Virus record (IMG/VR): IMGVR_UViG_3300037475_000032
Coordinates: 1-64,000 of that record
Direction: 5' to 3' (one strand)
Source: a virus
DNA length: 64,000 nucleotides
The position numbers and the translations under genes were made by a program. Below are positions 45,556 to 55,761 of this stretch, piece after piece; the first letter of the stretch is position 1; each line of letters opens with the position of its first letter. Under the pieces are notes generated by a model. That model saw only the letters and a list, made by a program, of their open reading frames with translations. It made no database searches and had not been told where the DNA came from.

Positions 45556-47574
45556 ATGGCATCCGAAGCTAACACCGTAACGCCCCCTGACTTCACCGGG
45601 GTTGTCAATCAGGAATTCTTCCTGGAGCCTCAGGGCGGCCCACAGGACCCGGTTTCCTACCTAGATCGTTTCCCTGAAACCATCTACAACAAGGGCCAGG
45701 ATTCAGTCCTCGTAGCCCTCATGTACACGCTGCTTGGTCCTGCCGGAATCGGATGGCTCAGGCAGAACTACCTCAAGGCACGTCTGGAGGTGGAAGCTAA
45801 CGGGCTCTCCACAGCCAATCTAGACGAACTCTACGCCAACCCTCTCTCATTCGCTCGTACGGCCGCTGAGACCTATGAGAACGACCCGGAAGGGCTTCTC
45901 ACGAACGCCGAATGGGAGAAAGTCAACGAATCTGATGCCGCCTACCGCAACAGGGCCATCGACTACCTCAAGGCTGTCAGGGCCGGAGGAACCCTCCAGG
46001 GAATCACGCTCGCTGCCAAGAGTGGGCTCAACATGCCCGTGGAGGTGGTGGAGAACTACCGCGCCCTCTACGACAACTTCTCCGATTCACCGCTGGGTCT
46101 CGAATGGATGGGTCTGACGCGCTCGACGGAAGAGGTAATCGTCTTGCCGCGTCAGAACCGCCCTCAGAGCGCCGTCCAGACGATCTCGTTCTCCAGCCCA
46201 GCCGTCCAGGGCTTTTTCACCATCGCTCTCCCGATGGGATCGGAAACCAACTCCACGACCGGGGAACTCGCCTACAATATCACCCGTAACCTCGTGCAGC
46301 AGGCGCTCGAAGCGCTTCCGGTCATTGGCAAGAACAACGTCATCGTGACAGGCGGCCCTCTCCCGGATGCAGCTATCGAAGTGTCCTTCACGGGCGAACT
46401 GGCAGACAGAGAAATCCCGGAGTTGCTTGTACGCCCCATTCCTACTGGCCCGAACGCCATGCTCAACGCCGAAGGTGAACTCGTTCACGCCCTTGTGGAA
46501 GTCGATCAGGTCGGAGTCGGAGCGGATGGTGAGATCGCCTCTATCCCGCCGATCAACTGGCATTACGCCACCAAGGCCATCGACAACATCAAGCCCATGA
46601 CGACCATCGTGACGCCCGGTAAAGCTCCTGGTGTCACCCAGCGTCAGGTCGCCAACGGCACCTTCACGGGATCGGCTTTCACCCAGGTCTTGCGCTATGT
46701 CACGGGCTCAACGTCCATCAAGTGGCCGCCTACGAGTGCCACTAACTGGATCGTCGCTGGCAAGGAGAAGGAGGCCCCCGTCTCCCAGTACGGCTCTAAG
46801 AGCAACTACGTCGGCTACCACAACGTAGCCAACATCGTCGCCTACACACAGCACGCACTCGAAGATGCCAACTACGAAACGGCCCAGTGGCCCACCGTGG
46901 AGGCGAAATACAAGGACGAACAGATCGGGACCTTCTCGCACTACCAGCAGGCCCTCTATCCGTTCCTCGCTGCCTTCAAGAACACAGACTTCACCTACGC
47001 TCCGCAGTACGCCTTGGCGAATCCGCCAAGCCCACTTACGGTGCAGTCAGTCGCTACCAACGGCAGTGCGGAATCCGTGCCGCTCATCGAAGGCATCTAC
47101 CCCACCTCCTACGGTAATCTGCCGGGCGTCCCGACCGTCTCGACCAAGGCACCGTTCTGGAGCGCCAACGAACGTACCGAAGGCACGGACTACCTGGAGA
47201 TCGACCTCGGAACCGTGCAGGCGGTCAACTTCATCAGCTTTGAAGCCTCCTCCAAGCCCTACAACATCGAAGTCGCCTACGATCTGCTTGACCTAGCGCC
47301 TGCACGCAAGTTCATCCCTGTCACCCTCATCCCCCAGACCGTAGCTCAGTCCGTCACAGCCCTTGGATACTCGGCCGGGAACATCAACCCGTGGGTCTCC
47401 GTCAACATCAACTTCACTAACTCACTGGGGTCCTTGATCTTCACTCGCTTCATCAGGATTGCTCTAGAGCGTCGTCTAGGGAAGGCTTCTCCCTTCGTGA
47501 CACGCGAAGGAGCCCTACTTCCTTACGGCCTTGAGGTACGAAACCTTCGTGTCGGACGCAACATCCCTAGTTAA
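45556..47574 (+). CDS. Baseplate wedge (gpI/gp7-like) protein with C-terminal discoidin-like domain
   Basis: DAAYRNR...GGTLQGI; YLEIDLGTVQAVNFISFE. Confidence 0.7.
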   Translation: MASEANTVTPPDFTGVVNQEFFLEPQGGPQDPVSYLDRFPETIYNKGQDSVLVALMYTLLGPAGIGWLRQNYLKARLEVEANGLSTANLDELYANPLSFARTAAETYENDPEGLLTNAEWEKVNESDAAYRNRAIDYLKAVRAGGTLQGITLAAKSGLNMPVEVVENYRALYDNFSDSPLGLEWMGLTRSTEEVIVLPRQNRPQSAVQTISFSSPAVQGFFTIALPMGSETNSTTGELAYNITRNLVQQALEALPVIGKNNVIVTGGPLPDAAIEVSFTGELADREIPELLVRPIPTGPNAMLNAEGELVHALVEVDQVGVGADGEIASIPPINWHYATKAIDNIKPMTTIVTPGKAPGVTQRQVANGTFTGSAFTQVLRYVTGSTSIKWPPTSATNWIVAGKEKEAPVSQYGSKSNYVGYHNVANIVAYTQHALEDANYETAQWPTVEAKYKDEQIGTFSHYQQALYPFLAAFKNTDFTYAPQYALANPPSPLTVQSVATNGSAESVPLIEGIYPTSYGNLPGVPTVSTKAPFWSANERTEGTDYLEIDLGTVQAVNFISFEASSKPYNIEVAYDLLDLAPARKFIPVTLIPQTVAQSVTALGYSAGNINPWVSVNINFTNSLGSLIFTRFIRIALERRLGKASPFVTREGALLPYGLEVRNLRVGRNIPS

Positions 47575-47594
47575 GTTCTGCGGCCTAATAAGTG

Positions 47595-48434
47595 ATGCCC
47601 CTATCGATCTGCCAGAACTACAGCGGAGTCGTGATCGACCAGAATCACGCCCCTGCCTCTAGCACCGATTACCTCACCATCGGAAGCGCTTGGTGGTATC
47701 AGTCGTTCCGTCTGCCCGCCAACTACCGCTACGGCACCGAACCGGACGAATACCGCTACCCCGAACTCTCAGGCTTCCAGTTGTTCTGCGGGATCGATGA
47801 AGGCTTCGCATCCAGCGTCGAACTCAACTACACCTTCGACTACTACATCTTTGGCTCGGGTTGGAGCAACCTCGAAAAGGGCACGATCCAGGGCGCTCAT
47901 GCCTCCGGCCCGCAGGTCTGGATGGATGTCTTCTTCACCAACCCCGTCGAAATCACGAACACGATTGCCGGATCGCTCATTCGCTTCGGCTTCCAGTGCC
48001 CCAACCCCTCCGGTAAGGCAGTCGAGCGTGTCTGGTACTCCCAGCCAAACCCTCTCCCCACAGGTCAGGCGGCCCTTAGTCAGGACAGCTTCACTGAGCT
48101 TGAATCACCCCAGCACAACCACTACTCCTTCTGCTTCCGCACCCTTGGCCTCAGCGCCGACAGCGGGACGGACTTCCTCGGCAATCCCTACCGTTCCGTG
48201 GTCGTCCAGTCCACGGCCAACAACACCTCCACCACCAACGGGGTTAACTCCGGGTACTGGCTCTCCAGCCCTCAGCCGTCGCAGTTCGCCGTCGTCAGCA
48301 ACTACTTCGACGTGCGCCCTATTCCAGAGACCACCTACGGGCTCGTGAACGAGATCTTGAACCCCAGCTTCGAGTACGACAAGTTGGATACGAAGACGCC
48401 GTTCGGTTGGCACACGTTCGAAGGGGGGGTATAG
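47595..48434 (+). CDS. Minor tail protein, N-terminal part of a split gene
   Basis: YWLSSPQPSQFAVVSNYFDVR then NEILNPSFE...GW; ends at a TAG in frame with the next ORF. Confidence 0.7.
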   Translation: MPLSICQNYSGVVIDQNHAPASSTDYLTIGSAWWYQSFRLPANYRYGTEPDEYRYPELSGFQLFCGIDEGFASSVELNYTFDYYIFGSGWSNLEKGTIQGAHASGPQVWMDVFFTNPVEITNTIAGSLIRFGFQCPNPSGKAVERVWYSQPNPLPTGQAALSQDSFTELESPQHNHYSFCFRTLGLSADSGTDFLGNPYRSVVVQSTANNTSTTNGVNSGYWLSSPQPSQFAVVSNYFDVRPIPETTYGLVNEILNPSFEYDKLDTKTPFGWHTFEGGV

Positions 48435-48437
48435 GTC

Positions 48438-50927
48438 ATGCTCCCTAGCTCCGTTGTTCTACTCGACACGCTCGAACATGCCGAAATCAACTGGTTCGAA
48501 ACCGGGAACTGGTCGAAGATGGGATGGGCCGCAGATGCTATCGCTGCATCTGGAGAAGGCGCAACCATTACATCGGAATCTGCGACTGGCACGATCTTTG
48601 GTTCCTATTGGTCACATCAGGAATTCAACCACAGACAATTCGTGGAGTTTCAACAGGAATCGACCATCCACGAGCCATTCAGAATCGGTCCTCTGGGTAA
48701 AAACAAAGGCCAAGAAGAAATCACCGTGGGTGCGTTTGCTCTGTGGCTCTGTTACAACAACTCGACCCATTCGGGATATCGCTTCTACTTCAATAAGGAA
48801 GCGACCGTAGAAGAAGCTGACCCAACGTGGCAAGTGATGATTCGCAAGGTGACAAGCGGGTCGGAATCAACGTTGGCCGAAGTCAAAACAGTCGCTCTCC
48901 ATTCCGGCGAAAAGTACGCTGGTCAGCTAGAAGGCAAAGTACTTACGATCTGGAGAAAGAAGCCGTCTGAATTCGTCTTCAATGAAATCACTGAAAAAGG
49001 AGAAGAAATCCCCTTCCCATGGGAAGAACTTCTCAAAGTTACTGACAGTGGCTCGGCCTTCACATCGGGATTTGTAGGCTTCGATATCGAACGCCGCACA
49101 CAGCGCGGCAAAGCAGTTGCGCCTCATTTCACCACATTCAGCAACTCCTCATTCGAAGAATATGTTAGATCGGGTGCCGACGCTTCGGTCTCGACCGATG
49201 TATCCACGCGCATCATCACGAGGGGTCGCACCACTGCGGATTCGGCCGTAGAGACAGACGTGGGGAAGAAGGAAAGTCACGTCTCCAAGACCACAAGGGG
49301 AGACGCATCGGCGCTAGAAGACTTCTCTACCTTCTCCATGAAAGGCCATCAGTTCCTCTTGGAGTTTGCAAGAACTACGGACTCTGCTTCCAAGCTCGTA
49401 GCGCTTCCTCGCACCACTGCGGATTCGGCCGTTGTCGTAGATACGCTCGTAAGCTCCTTCTCGGCTCCGCCCATGAGGGTCGAAAACACATGGGCCGCTG
49501 GGGAAGGCAAGCAGTCACTTCGTTCAGTCTTCCACCTCGAACCCGGCAGACGTTTCGGTGTCGAGACGGCCACAGGCACAGGAGGTATGGGAGTCAAGGC
49601 CCAGAAGACCTACACGCTCTCAGCGGACTTCAATGTCAACCAGATCGAACCAGAAATGACGCTTGGCGTCGCTATCGCCTGGTTCACTGAAACCGGCACC
49701 TTCATGAGCCTTGCAGAAGGCAACCAGATCACATCGTCAGGACTTCATACCTCGACGGTCAGTGCAGAAGCACCCATCGGTGCCGCTTTTGCCTGCGCCC
49801 AGCTTGCTGTCACCAATCATGCTTCGATCAAACAGACCATCGATTTCTACTCCGACGACATCATTTTCACTGCTTCACCCACTCCGGTTCCTTACTTCGA
49901 TGGTGACACCATCGGTGTCAAGTGGGAGGGCCAGTTCGGGCAGTCTGGATCTGTACAGGTCGAAGATGGTGGGCCAGGTGAAAACACCGTGGTCATCGAT
50001 AGCGTCTTGCTCGATCCTCTCACTCCGAACATCGCCTTCTCCGTCTACTACTCCACTGAGGGCACCGCCGAAGAAGAAACCACGGAGACTGAATGGGAGA
50101 GGAAGCTCTGGACTCGCGTCCCCAAGACCTTCATCGCCAATCAGCGTCAGACCTACGTGTTCCCCGAACCGATCACGGCGAAGTTCGTCAAGATCGAGTA
50201 CAGCTTCTTGCAGGCCCAGAGTTACAACCCTGGACAGAATCAGCTACCGACGACGTACAAGAAGTTCCCCAAGTGGGTCGCAGACTTCTTCATCGCCCAG
50301 ATGGAGGAACCACAGTTCATCGCCAACACCGTGGGAGTCAAGTACGACGCTCTCGATTTCGCCTACAACTACTTCCTCGATGATCTCGGTCAGTTCCCCG
50401 CATCGCCGGTCCCGGCTCCAAGCTCAGAGACCTCGACGCTCACGCAGTTCTTCAACACCGAACTCGAAACTAACAAGGTAGACCCTGAAACGCTGGCGAA
50501 GATCAACCTCGTGATGCAGACGTACACGCAGCCTCCTGGAGCACAGGCATCCTCCAGCACCCTGCTTGGCAGCAAGGTGCGTCAGATCGCTCTCTCGACA
50601 GTCAACTACCCGGTCGAGAAAGAAGCCGTCACGCCCGCTGAAAACCTATCTGCGGTATCGACCCTCAGGCGAGACAACATCGTCTTTGAGCAGGGCCTAC
50701 CGATCATGTACTTCTTCCTCACCTGCCGTCACTACTACAAGGAACTGACCGCAATCTTCGAGCACAACCGAGCCTACTTTGCCGGGGTCAAGGAGATCGC
50801 GTTCATACGTGACAACTACACCACAACATATGACGGCGAACTTTACATCGAGACAGGTGGAGACGACACGAACACGGAACGCAACGACTTCGTAGTTGAA
50901 CCTGAAACAGGATGGTTCACGTACTAA
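48438..50927 (+). CDS. Minor tail protein, C-terminal part, with lectin-like and CBM-like modules
   Basis: Beta-rich N-terminus, RTTADSA repeats, YTLSA...IAWF...APIGA...PYFDGDT, VIDSVLLDP...VYYS, CRHYYKE...AYFAGVKEI. Confidence 0.75.
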   Translation: MLPSSVVLLDTLEHAEINWFETGNWSKMGWAADAIAASGEGATITSESATGTIFGSYWSHQEFNHRQFVEFQQESTIHEPFRIGPLGKNKGQEEITVGAFALWLCYNNSTHSGYRFYFNKEATVEEADPTWQVMIRKVTSGSESTLAEVKTVALHSGEKYAGQLEGKVLTIWRKKPSEFVFNEITEKGEEIPFPWEELLKVTDSGSAFTSGFVGFDIERRTQRGKAVAPHFTTFSNSSFEEYVRSGADASVSTDVSTRIITRGRTTADSAVETDVGKKESHVSKTTRGDASALEDFSTFSMKGHQFLLEFARTTDSASKLVALPRTTADSAVVVDTLVSSFSAPPMRVENTWAAGEGKQSLRSVFHLEPGRRFGVETATGTGGMGVKAQKTYTLSADFNVNQIEPEMTLGVAIAWFTETGTFMSLAEGNQITSSGLHTSTVSAEAPIGAAFACAQLAVTNHASIKQTIDFYSDDIIFTASPTPVPYFDGDTIGVKWEGQFGQSGSVQVEDGGPGENTVVIDSVLLDPLTPNIAFSVYYSTEGTAEEETTETEWERKLWTRVPKTFIANQRQTYVFPEPITAKFVKIEYSFLQAQSYNPGQNQLPTTYKKFPKWVADFFIAQMEEPQFIANTVGVKYDALDFAYNYFLDDLGQFPASPVPAPSSETSTLTQFFNTELETNKVDPETLAKINLVMQTYTQPPGAQASSSTLLGSKVRQIALSTVNYPVEKEAVTPAENLSAVSTLRRDNIVFEQGLPIMYFFLTCRHYYKELTAIFEHNRAYFAGVKEIAFIRDNYTTTYDGELYIETGGDDTNTERNDFVVEPETGWFTY
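49226..49432 (+). repeat. 24-bp direct repeat encoding RTTADSAV
   Basis: TCGCACCACTGCGGATTCGGCCGT at 49226-49249 and 49409-49432. Confidence 0.85.
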
Positions 50928-53302
50928 TGGCAAACGAACGAGTCAACATCCCGATCTCTGAGGACTTCTTGATCCGCAACATGCACGGCTACGACGTGTA
51001 TGAAGGCTCTGTGCGCGAAATCATGGCGAACCAGAACCACGTTGACATCCGCACGTTTGCCAACGAATCGGGTGAGTCGTGGACCACCGGAACCTTCGGC
51101 TCCAGCAGCGAAACCAACCACTTCCCTCGTCTCAAGCTCAACGTCATCCCAGGCTCGATTGAAAGCGCCTCGGTCACCCCTACCCACACGGTTGATCTTC
51201 TCACGGGCTTCGCGGCTACCGACTTCATCTCGATCTCGCTACCCTCCTTCCCGCTCAGCGTCATCAACACGACCACGAGCTTCATCGACTTCACTTCGCA
51301 CCCAGAAGGCAACTTTACCGAAGGTCCGACGATCTCCGTCCCCTTTAACTCCAGCCTTGCGACACTCACCAACGGCAACTGCGAATTCCGCATCGAGCGA
51401 GCGACTATCGAAAGCAACCCGCTCGTGAACCTTGAAAAGATCACGGCCGTTCGCTTCCGTATCCAGGGAACGGGCAGCGGCACGCTCACGCTCATGGGCT
51501 TCCGTCTCCTCGACTCCGAATGGCAGCAGGGACCCATCGATTACGACAACTGGAATGGTCGCTGGGACAACACGGTGCCTGCAAACGGCAATCCCTCCAA
51601 TCCTCCGGCCTTCGGGCAGCCTATCCTCTGGCGCTCAGATGATCCGAGTGGTGAAAATGACCCACGTCCTATCGATAGCCAGTTCGGGATCATCTTCTAC
51701 ACGGGTGCGCAGGAACACAACAACACCTTCTCCCTATTCCTCCGTGAAGTCTCTGAGGCGTTCTTGACGCAGCTAGACCTCGATGGCACGACGATGAGTG
51801 GCCTAGATGGCAAGCCACAACCCGACCTCGGAGTCAGTGAGTACGCCCCACGTCTCATGTCTGACATGGATCGCTTCGAGATGGAACAGCTTGACACCAT
51901 GGACATGTTCGACATCGAGCGTATCCCCGATCCAGTCTTCACCGGCTGGATTCAGTTCACCTTGCAGTGGGGTATCTCGAACTCCCTGACTGTCACCAAC
52001 TCATCCAACCCCGGATACGTCTTCAACAACGTCCCAAACCTTACCAGCAACACCCACTACCTGCTTGTCTGCACCCTCGAAGGCAACAACGCTCGTGCGC
52101 AGATCTACGAAGTGAACGGCACGACGTTCGCCATCAACCCCAGCGTCGTATTCGACACCACGCTCATCAACGACGACAACCTATTCAAGCGCCGCAAGGG
52201 TCGTGTGGGTTGGCAGGCCACGCTCGGAGACAACAGCGCCTACATCGCCCACATCCGTACACGCCACACCTCATTCGCCGAGTACATCTCGTCGCCGTTG
52301 AGTAGCGTCACGCCGGTCAAGGGAGCCCAGCTATTCGCGGACTACACGCAGAACACGGAGCTATGGGAGGGCTTCAATCCAGCCCCGCAGAACACGAAAA
52401 CCGGATCATCGCTCACACGAGACACGGCCCGCTCGACTTCGGGTGAAAGCTACCGCATCGACAACTACGGAGCCGTCAACCAGGGCTTTGAAACCAACCC
52501 CCTCAACTTCACTGACTTCACACAGTCAGAAATCTCGTTCGACCTCTGGTATCCAAGTGCTCTCATTCAGGAGGCAGAAGCGAAAGGTGAAACACCGGGC
52601 CTTCTCCTCCAGTTGATGGGCCTCTACCAGAACCCGACTTTCAGTCTCATCATGCCGGAGATCATCCCGGACCAGTGGCAGCATGTCAGTGGTATCAATC
52701 TCGCTAACTACGCCCTCAACCAGACGGGTGAATACGCGCTGCTCATCACTCAACCATCAGCCTCGGCGGGTAGCTGGTGGATCGACAAAATGAACGTCTT
52801 TGAGCGAGCCGTGCAGTGGAGCGCTCGATCCGTTGTCAGCAACCCGTGGGAAAGCAACTTCGCACCATGGACGGACTTCCGTGAGTTGGTGAACTCACAG
52901 ACGAGTGGCATCTTGTTCAGCCCTCAGGGCAAGGATCTCCAGATGCGAGGACGAGCCCTGCGCCAGGACGCCAATATCGTCGGGCCTCCCAAGCTCGTAC
53001 CCACATATGCGGAACTAGGACGCCTTGTGTGGCCGGAAAACGCCCTCAAAGGACTCACCCCTCCTACGGCTAACTACCCCAATCCAACGCAGATCGCGGG
53101 TCTCGAATACAGCTTCACAAGTTCGTCTACGCCGGGCACAGGGGGCATCGTGCTCTACGAATGGACCTTCGGGGACGGCGCACGCGCTACGGGTCCTCAT
53201 GCCACGCACACCTACTTGGCCCACGGAACCTACCAGGTAACTTTGACCGTTACTGACCGTAATGGACAGCAGGCCAACCACACCGAACCGTTGGTAATCT
53301 AA
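50927..53302 (+). CDS. Minor tail protein with C-terminal PKD domain
   Basis: YEWTFGDG...ATHTY...GTYQVTLTVTD. Confidence 0.8.
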   Translation: MANERVNIPISEDFLIRNMHGYDVYEGSVREIMANQNHVDIRTFANESGESWTTGTFGSSSETNHFPRLKLNVIPGSIESASVTPTHTVDLLTGFAATDFISISLPSFPLSVINTTTSFIDFTSHPEGNFTEGPTISVPFNSSLATLTNGNCEFRIERATIESNPLVNLEKITAVRFRIQGTGSGTLTLMGFRLLDSEWQQGPIDYDNWNGRWDNTVPANGNPSNPPAFGQPILWRSDDPSGENDPRPIDSQFGIIFYTGAQEHNNTFSLFLREVSEAFLTQLDLDGTTMSGLDGKPQPDLGVSEYAPRLMSDMDRFEMEQLDTMDMFDIERIPDPVFTGWIQFTLQWGISNSLTVTNSSNPGYVFNNVPNLTSNTHYLLVCTLEGNNARAQIYEVNGTTFAINPSVVFDTTLINDDNLFKRRKGRVGWQATLGDNSAYIAHIRTRHTSFAEYISSPLSSVTPVKGAQLFADYTQNTELWEGFNPAPQNTKTGSSLTRDTARSTSGESYRIDNYGAVNQGFETNPLNFTDFTQSEISFDLWYPSALIQEAEAKGETPGLLLQLMGLYQNPTFSLIMPEIIPDQWQHVSGINLANYALNQTGEYALLITQPSASAGSWWIDKMNVFERAVQWSARSVVSNPWESNFAPWTDFRELVNSQTSGILFSPQGKDLQMRGRALRQDANIVGPPKLVPTYAELGRLVWPENALKGLTPPTANYPNPTQIAGLEYSFTSSSTPGTGGIVLYEWTFGDGARATGPHATHTYLAHGTYQVTLTVTDRNGQQANHTEPLVI

Positions 53303-53766
53303 TGACCGCCTCCATCAGCCAAATGCCGAAACCACAAGTGCCGACGCTCTGCAACTTCTGGTGGAACGCTGATGGTCCTCCTATCTCCTACACGGTGGGA
53401 GGCGAAACCTTCCCGTACCAGCATCAGGCAGACGGTCATACTCGCGCGAGCGACTACCGCTACGAAATCCTCACTACGCCCCTGTACGTGTCGATTGCCT
53501 TTGACGCCATAGGTGCCGCCAACCCCGAACACCCCAAGGTCATCCCACCTCCGGGCGTGACGGTCATCCAGTACCTATGGAACTTCGGAGACGGGACGAT
53601 TGGCTACGGGCCTCAGCCCGCCCACACCTTCACGGCCGCTTCGCCCGACACCCAGGTTAACCTCACTGTCACGGACTCCAGGGGACTCCAGTCCTCGTGC
53701 GGCAAGTCCCTCAATCTCATCTACCTCCAGTTGGCAGCCGAGATCGCGTACAAGATTCGTCACTAG
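53302..53766 (+). CDS. PKD-domain virion protein
   Basis: YLWNFGDGT...PAHTF...VNLTVTDSRG. Confidence 0.8.
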   Translation: MTASISQMPKPQVPTLCNFWWNADGPPISYTVGGETFPYQHQADGHTRASDYRYEILTTPLYVSIAFDAIGAANPEHPKVIPPPGVTVIQYLWNFGDGTIGYGPQPAHTFTAASPDTQVNLTVTDSRGLQSSCGKSLNLIYLQLAAEIAYKIRH

Positions 53767-53793
53767 GTTTGCATCCAGACGCCTATCGCGTCA

Positions 53794-55761
53794 CTATGTT
53801 GCGCCAAGCAGGATGTACAGCAAATCTTCACGGGTCAACTTGGCGGACATCGACTCCTCGAAAGCGGCTCCGTCATAGAGGGCCTTGTGGTAGCCGTGCT
53901 TGGTGGCGATGATGTCCTGCTTGCGTTCCTCAATCGAGTCCGCCATGAGCAAGTCGTACCAGTAGTTGAACGGGAGGATAGAGTCGGCCCTGACGTTACG
54001 CATCCTCTGACGCTTGCGGACCCACGTCCACGGCAGGTTGTAGTTGACACCTACGGCGGCCTCTGGAAGGTCAATGGAGTCGGCTCCACGATCACTGGAG
54101 AGGAAGACTCGGATGCTTGGATCTTCACGGAATCGGTCCTTGGCGGCATCGGCCTGTTTCTGCGAGCCCTCGTACGTGACATAGCTAACGCCCCATTCAT
54201 CGAGCGCCGTGGTGAGCGGCTTCATCCCGTAGCTGGCCCAGGTCATGAAGATCAGAACCTTCTCATCCGGGTGCTTCTCCAAGATGATCTCCCTCAGGGT
54301 CTCCAACTTCGTGTGTCCCTTGTCCGTGGGTGCCTTCGGAAGGGCCTCCAGGAGCGTCATAGCGACCTCTGAGCCCTTTGGACCCGTCAGGGCAGGCAAC
54401 CCCTCCATATCGTCCTCGAATTCGCTTAGGAGCAGTTCGAAGGCATTACGATTCTTGGCCGACTCCACGATCATGGATGGCGCATCGCAGACCATCTGCA
54501 TGACCTGGATGAGTGAGAGAACGCACGAGTCATCGAAGTCGGCCTCGATCATCTCCTTGGCCTTCCCCGTGAGTACGTCATAGACGCGCCTCTGCGTCGG
54601 ATGCCAGTCGATGAGCAGCGGGTCCTCAATCACCTTGGGGAAGTACTTGGCAACCTCCGGGTCATCTCGGCTCACGCGATGGGTCATGTGTTCTAGGCGT
54701 GGCTCCAGCTTGTCGAGGTTGATCCACTTCTCGGGCTTATGGGAGAACGGATTCTTGTAGCCCACGTACTCCCCCTCGAACTCCTCGACACGACCCAGGA
54801 GTGGCGGATTCATCATGCGGATGCAGTTGAACTGCCCTTCGGGCGAATTCTCAATGGGAGTAGCCGATAGCTCGAACTGTCGCATCCAGGCAGCACGCGA
54901 CAGCGCACCCTCAAGACCTTCCTCCTTCGAGGTAAAGCGACTCCATAGGCACTTCTTGACGGCCTTGTAGAGGATCGTGTTGCGGTTGCTCAGACGAGTT
55001 GGCATCTCGTCCCAGAAGAACAACACATCGCGGTCCTCAAGCACCACGGCGAAGAACTCGTGATCCTCACGGTACTTCTCGTAGTTGGTGATCGCTACGA
55101 CTTTCTCACCTGCCATGAGGCGGTCCTGGATTTCCTCATAGATCTTCCAGCGACGCTTAGGCGGCCCATCGATGATGACCGACTCCACATCCGCTAGGCG
55201 CATGAGCTTCTTCTGCATGTCACGCTTGTTGTTCGACTTGACGACAACGAACGCGAGATCAAATGGGTGACCATGCTCCATATGCCACAGGATGGCGCTG
55301 GCGATGAAGGCGGTCTTACCTGTGCCGGTATCCCACACCACGCATCCGGCGTTTAAACGCTCGTCTCGGATGAGCTTGTTGAATCCGGTAATCTGCCACG
55401 GAAGCATCCCGTTCTGCGTACCCTCAAGGGTAGAGTTGAGGGAGAACGGTGGAAGATCGTGCAGATGGTCGTAGGCGTGCAGGATGTCTTCGGGCGGATC
55501 GGTGAAGACCACCTGATACCCCGACTCCTGCGCATACGAGAGGAAGTTGTCTAGACCCGCAGGTGAGACCGTGCGGTAGTGACCGATGATCTCCTCGAAG
55601 TCAAAGAAGAAGTCCGGCTGTAGTGACTCCACGGACCATCGGCCTTGGAAGTCCTCGCTCGGCGAGAGAAAGAGCCACAGACCTTGGTCGTCACGAGACA
55701 GACCATCTAGTCTCTCGACTAGCGCCTCATCAAGAAGGTGATATCTCTGTCCATCGACCAT
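53794..55761 (-). CDS. SNF2-like superfamily 2 helicase
   Basis: WDTGTGKT, ITNYE, DEMP, LSATPIEN, KVLIF, RGADSIDL, NYNLPW. Confidence 0.9.
   Translation of the reverse strand: MVDGQRYHLLDEALVERLDGLSRDDQGLWLFLSPSEDFQGRWSVESLQPDFFFDFEEIIGHYRTVSPAGLDNFLSYAQESGYQVVFTDPPEDILHAYDHLHDLPPFSLNSTLEGTQNGMLPWQITGFNKLIRDERLNAGCVVWDTGTGKTAFIASAILWHMEHGHPFDLAFVVVKSNNKRDMQKKLMRLADVESVIIDGPPKRRWKIYEEIQDRLMAGEKVVAITNYEKYREDHEFFAVVLEDRDVLFFWDEMPTRLSNRNTILYKAVKKCLWSRFTSKEEGLEGALSRAAWMRQFELSATPIENSPEGQFNCIRMMNPPLLGRVEEFEGEYVGYKNPFSHKPEKWINLDKLEPRLEHMTHRVSRDDPEVAKYFPKVIEDPLLIDWHPTQRRVYDVLTGKAKEMIEADFDDSCVLSLIQVMQMVCDAPSMIVESAKNRNAFELLLSEFEDDMEGLPALTGPKGSEVAMTLLEALPKAPTDKGHTKLETLREIILEKHPDEKVLIFMTWASYGMKPLTTALDEWGVSYVTYEGSQKQADAAKDRFREDPSIRVFLSSDRGADSIDLPEAAVGVNYNLPWTWVRKRQRMRNVRADSILPFNYWYDLLMADSIEERKQDIIATKHGYHKALYDGAAFEESMSAKLTREDLLYILLGAT

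Noticed and set aside
48423-48429. G7 tract as a phase-variation switch joining the two ORFs
   Set aside because: The ORFs are already in frame; a one-base change leads to a quick stop or an unrelated 118-aa frame, not a fusion.
49226-49432. 24-bp repeat as a DGR template/variable pair, att site or target-site duplication
   Set aside because: The copies are identical, in frame and encode a protein repeat; there are no adenine-specific differences, no RT or integrase in the window, and they do not flank the insert.
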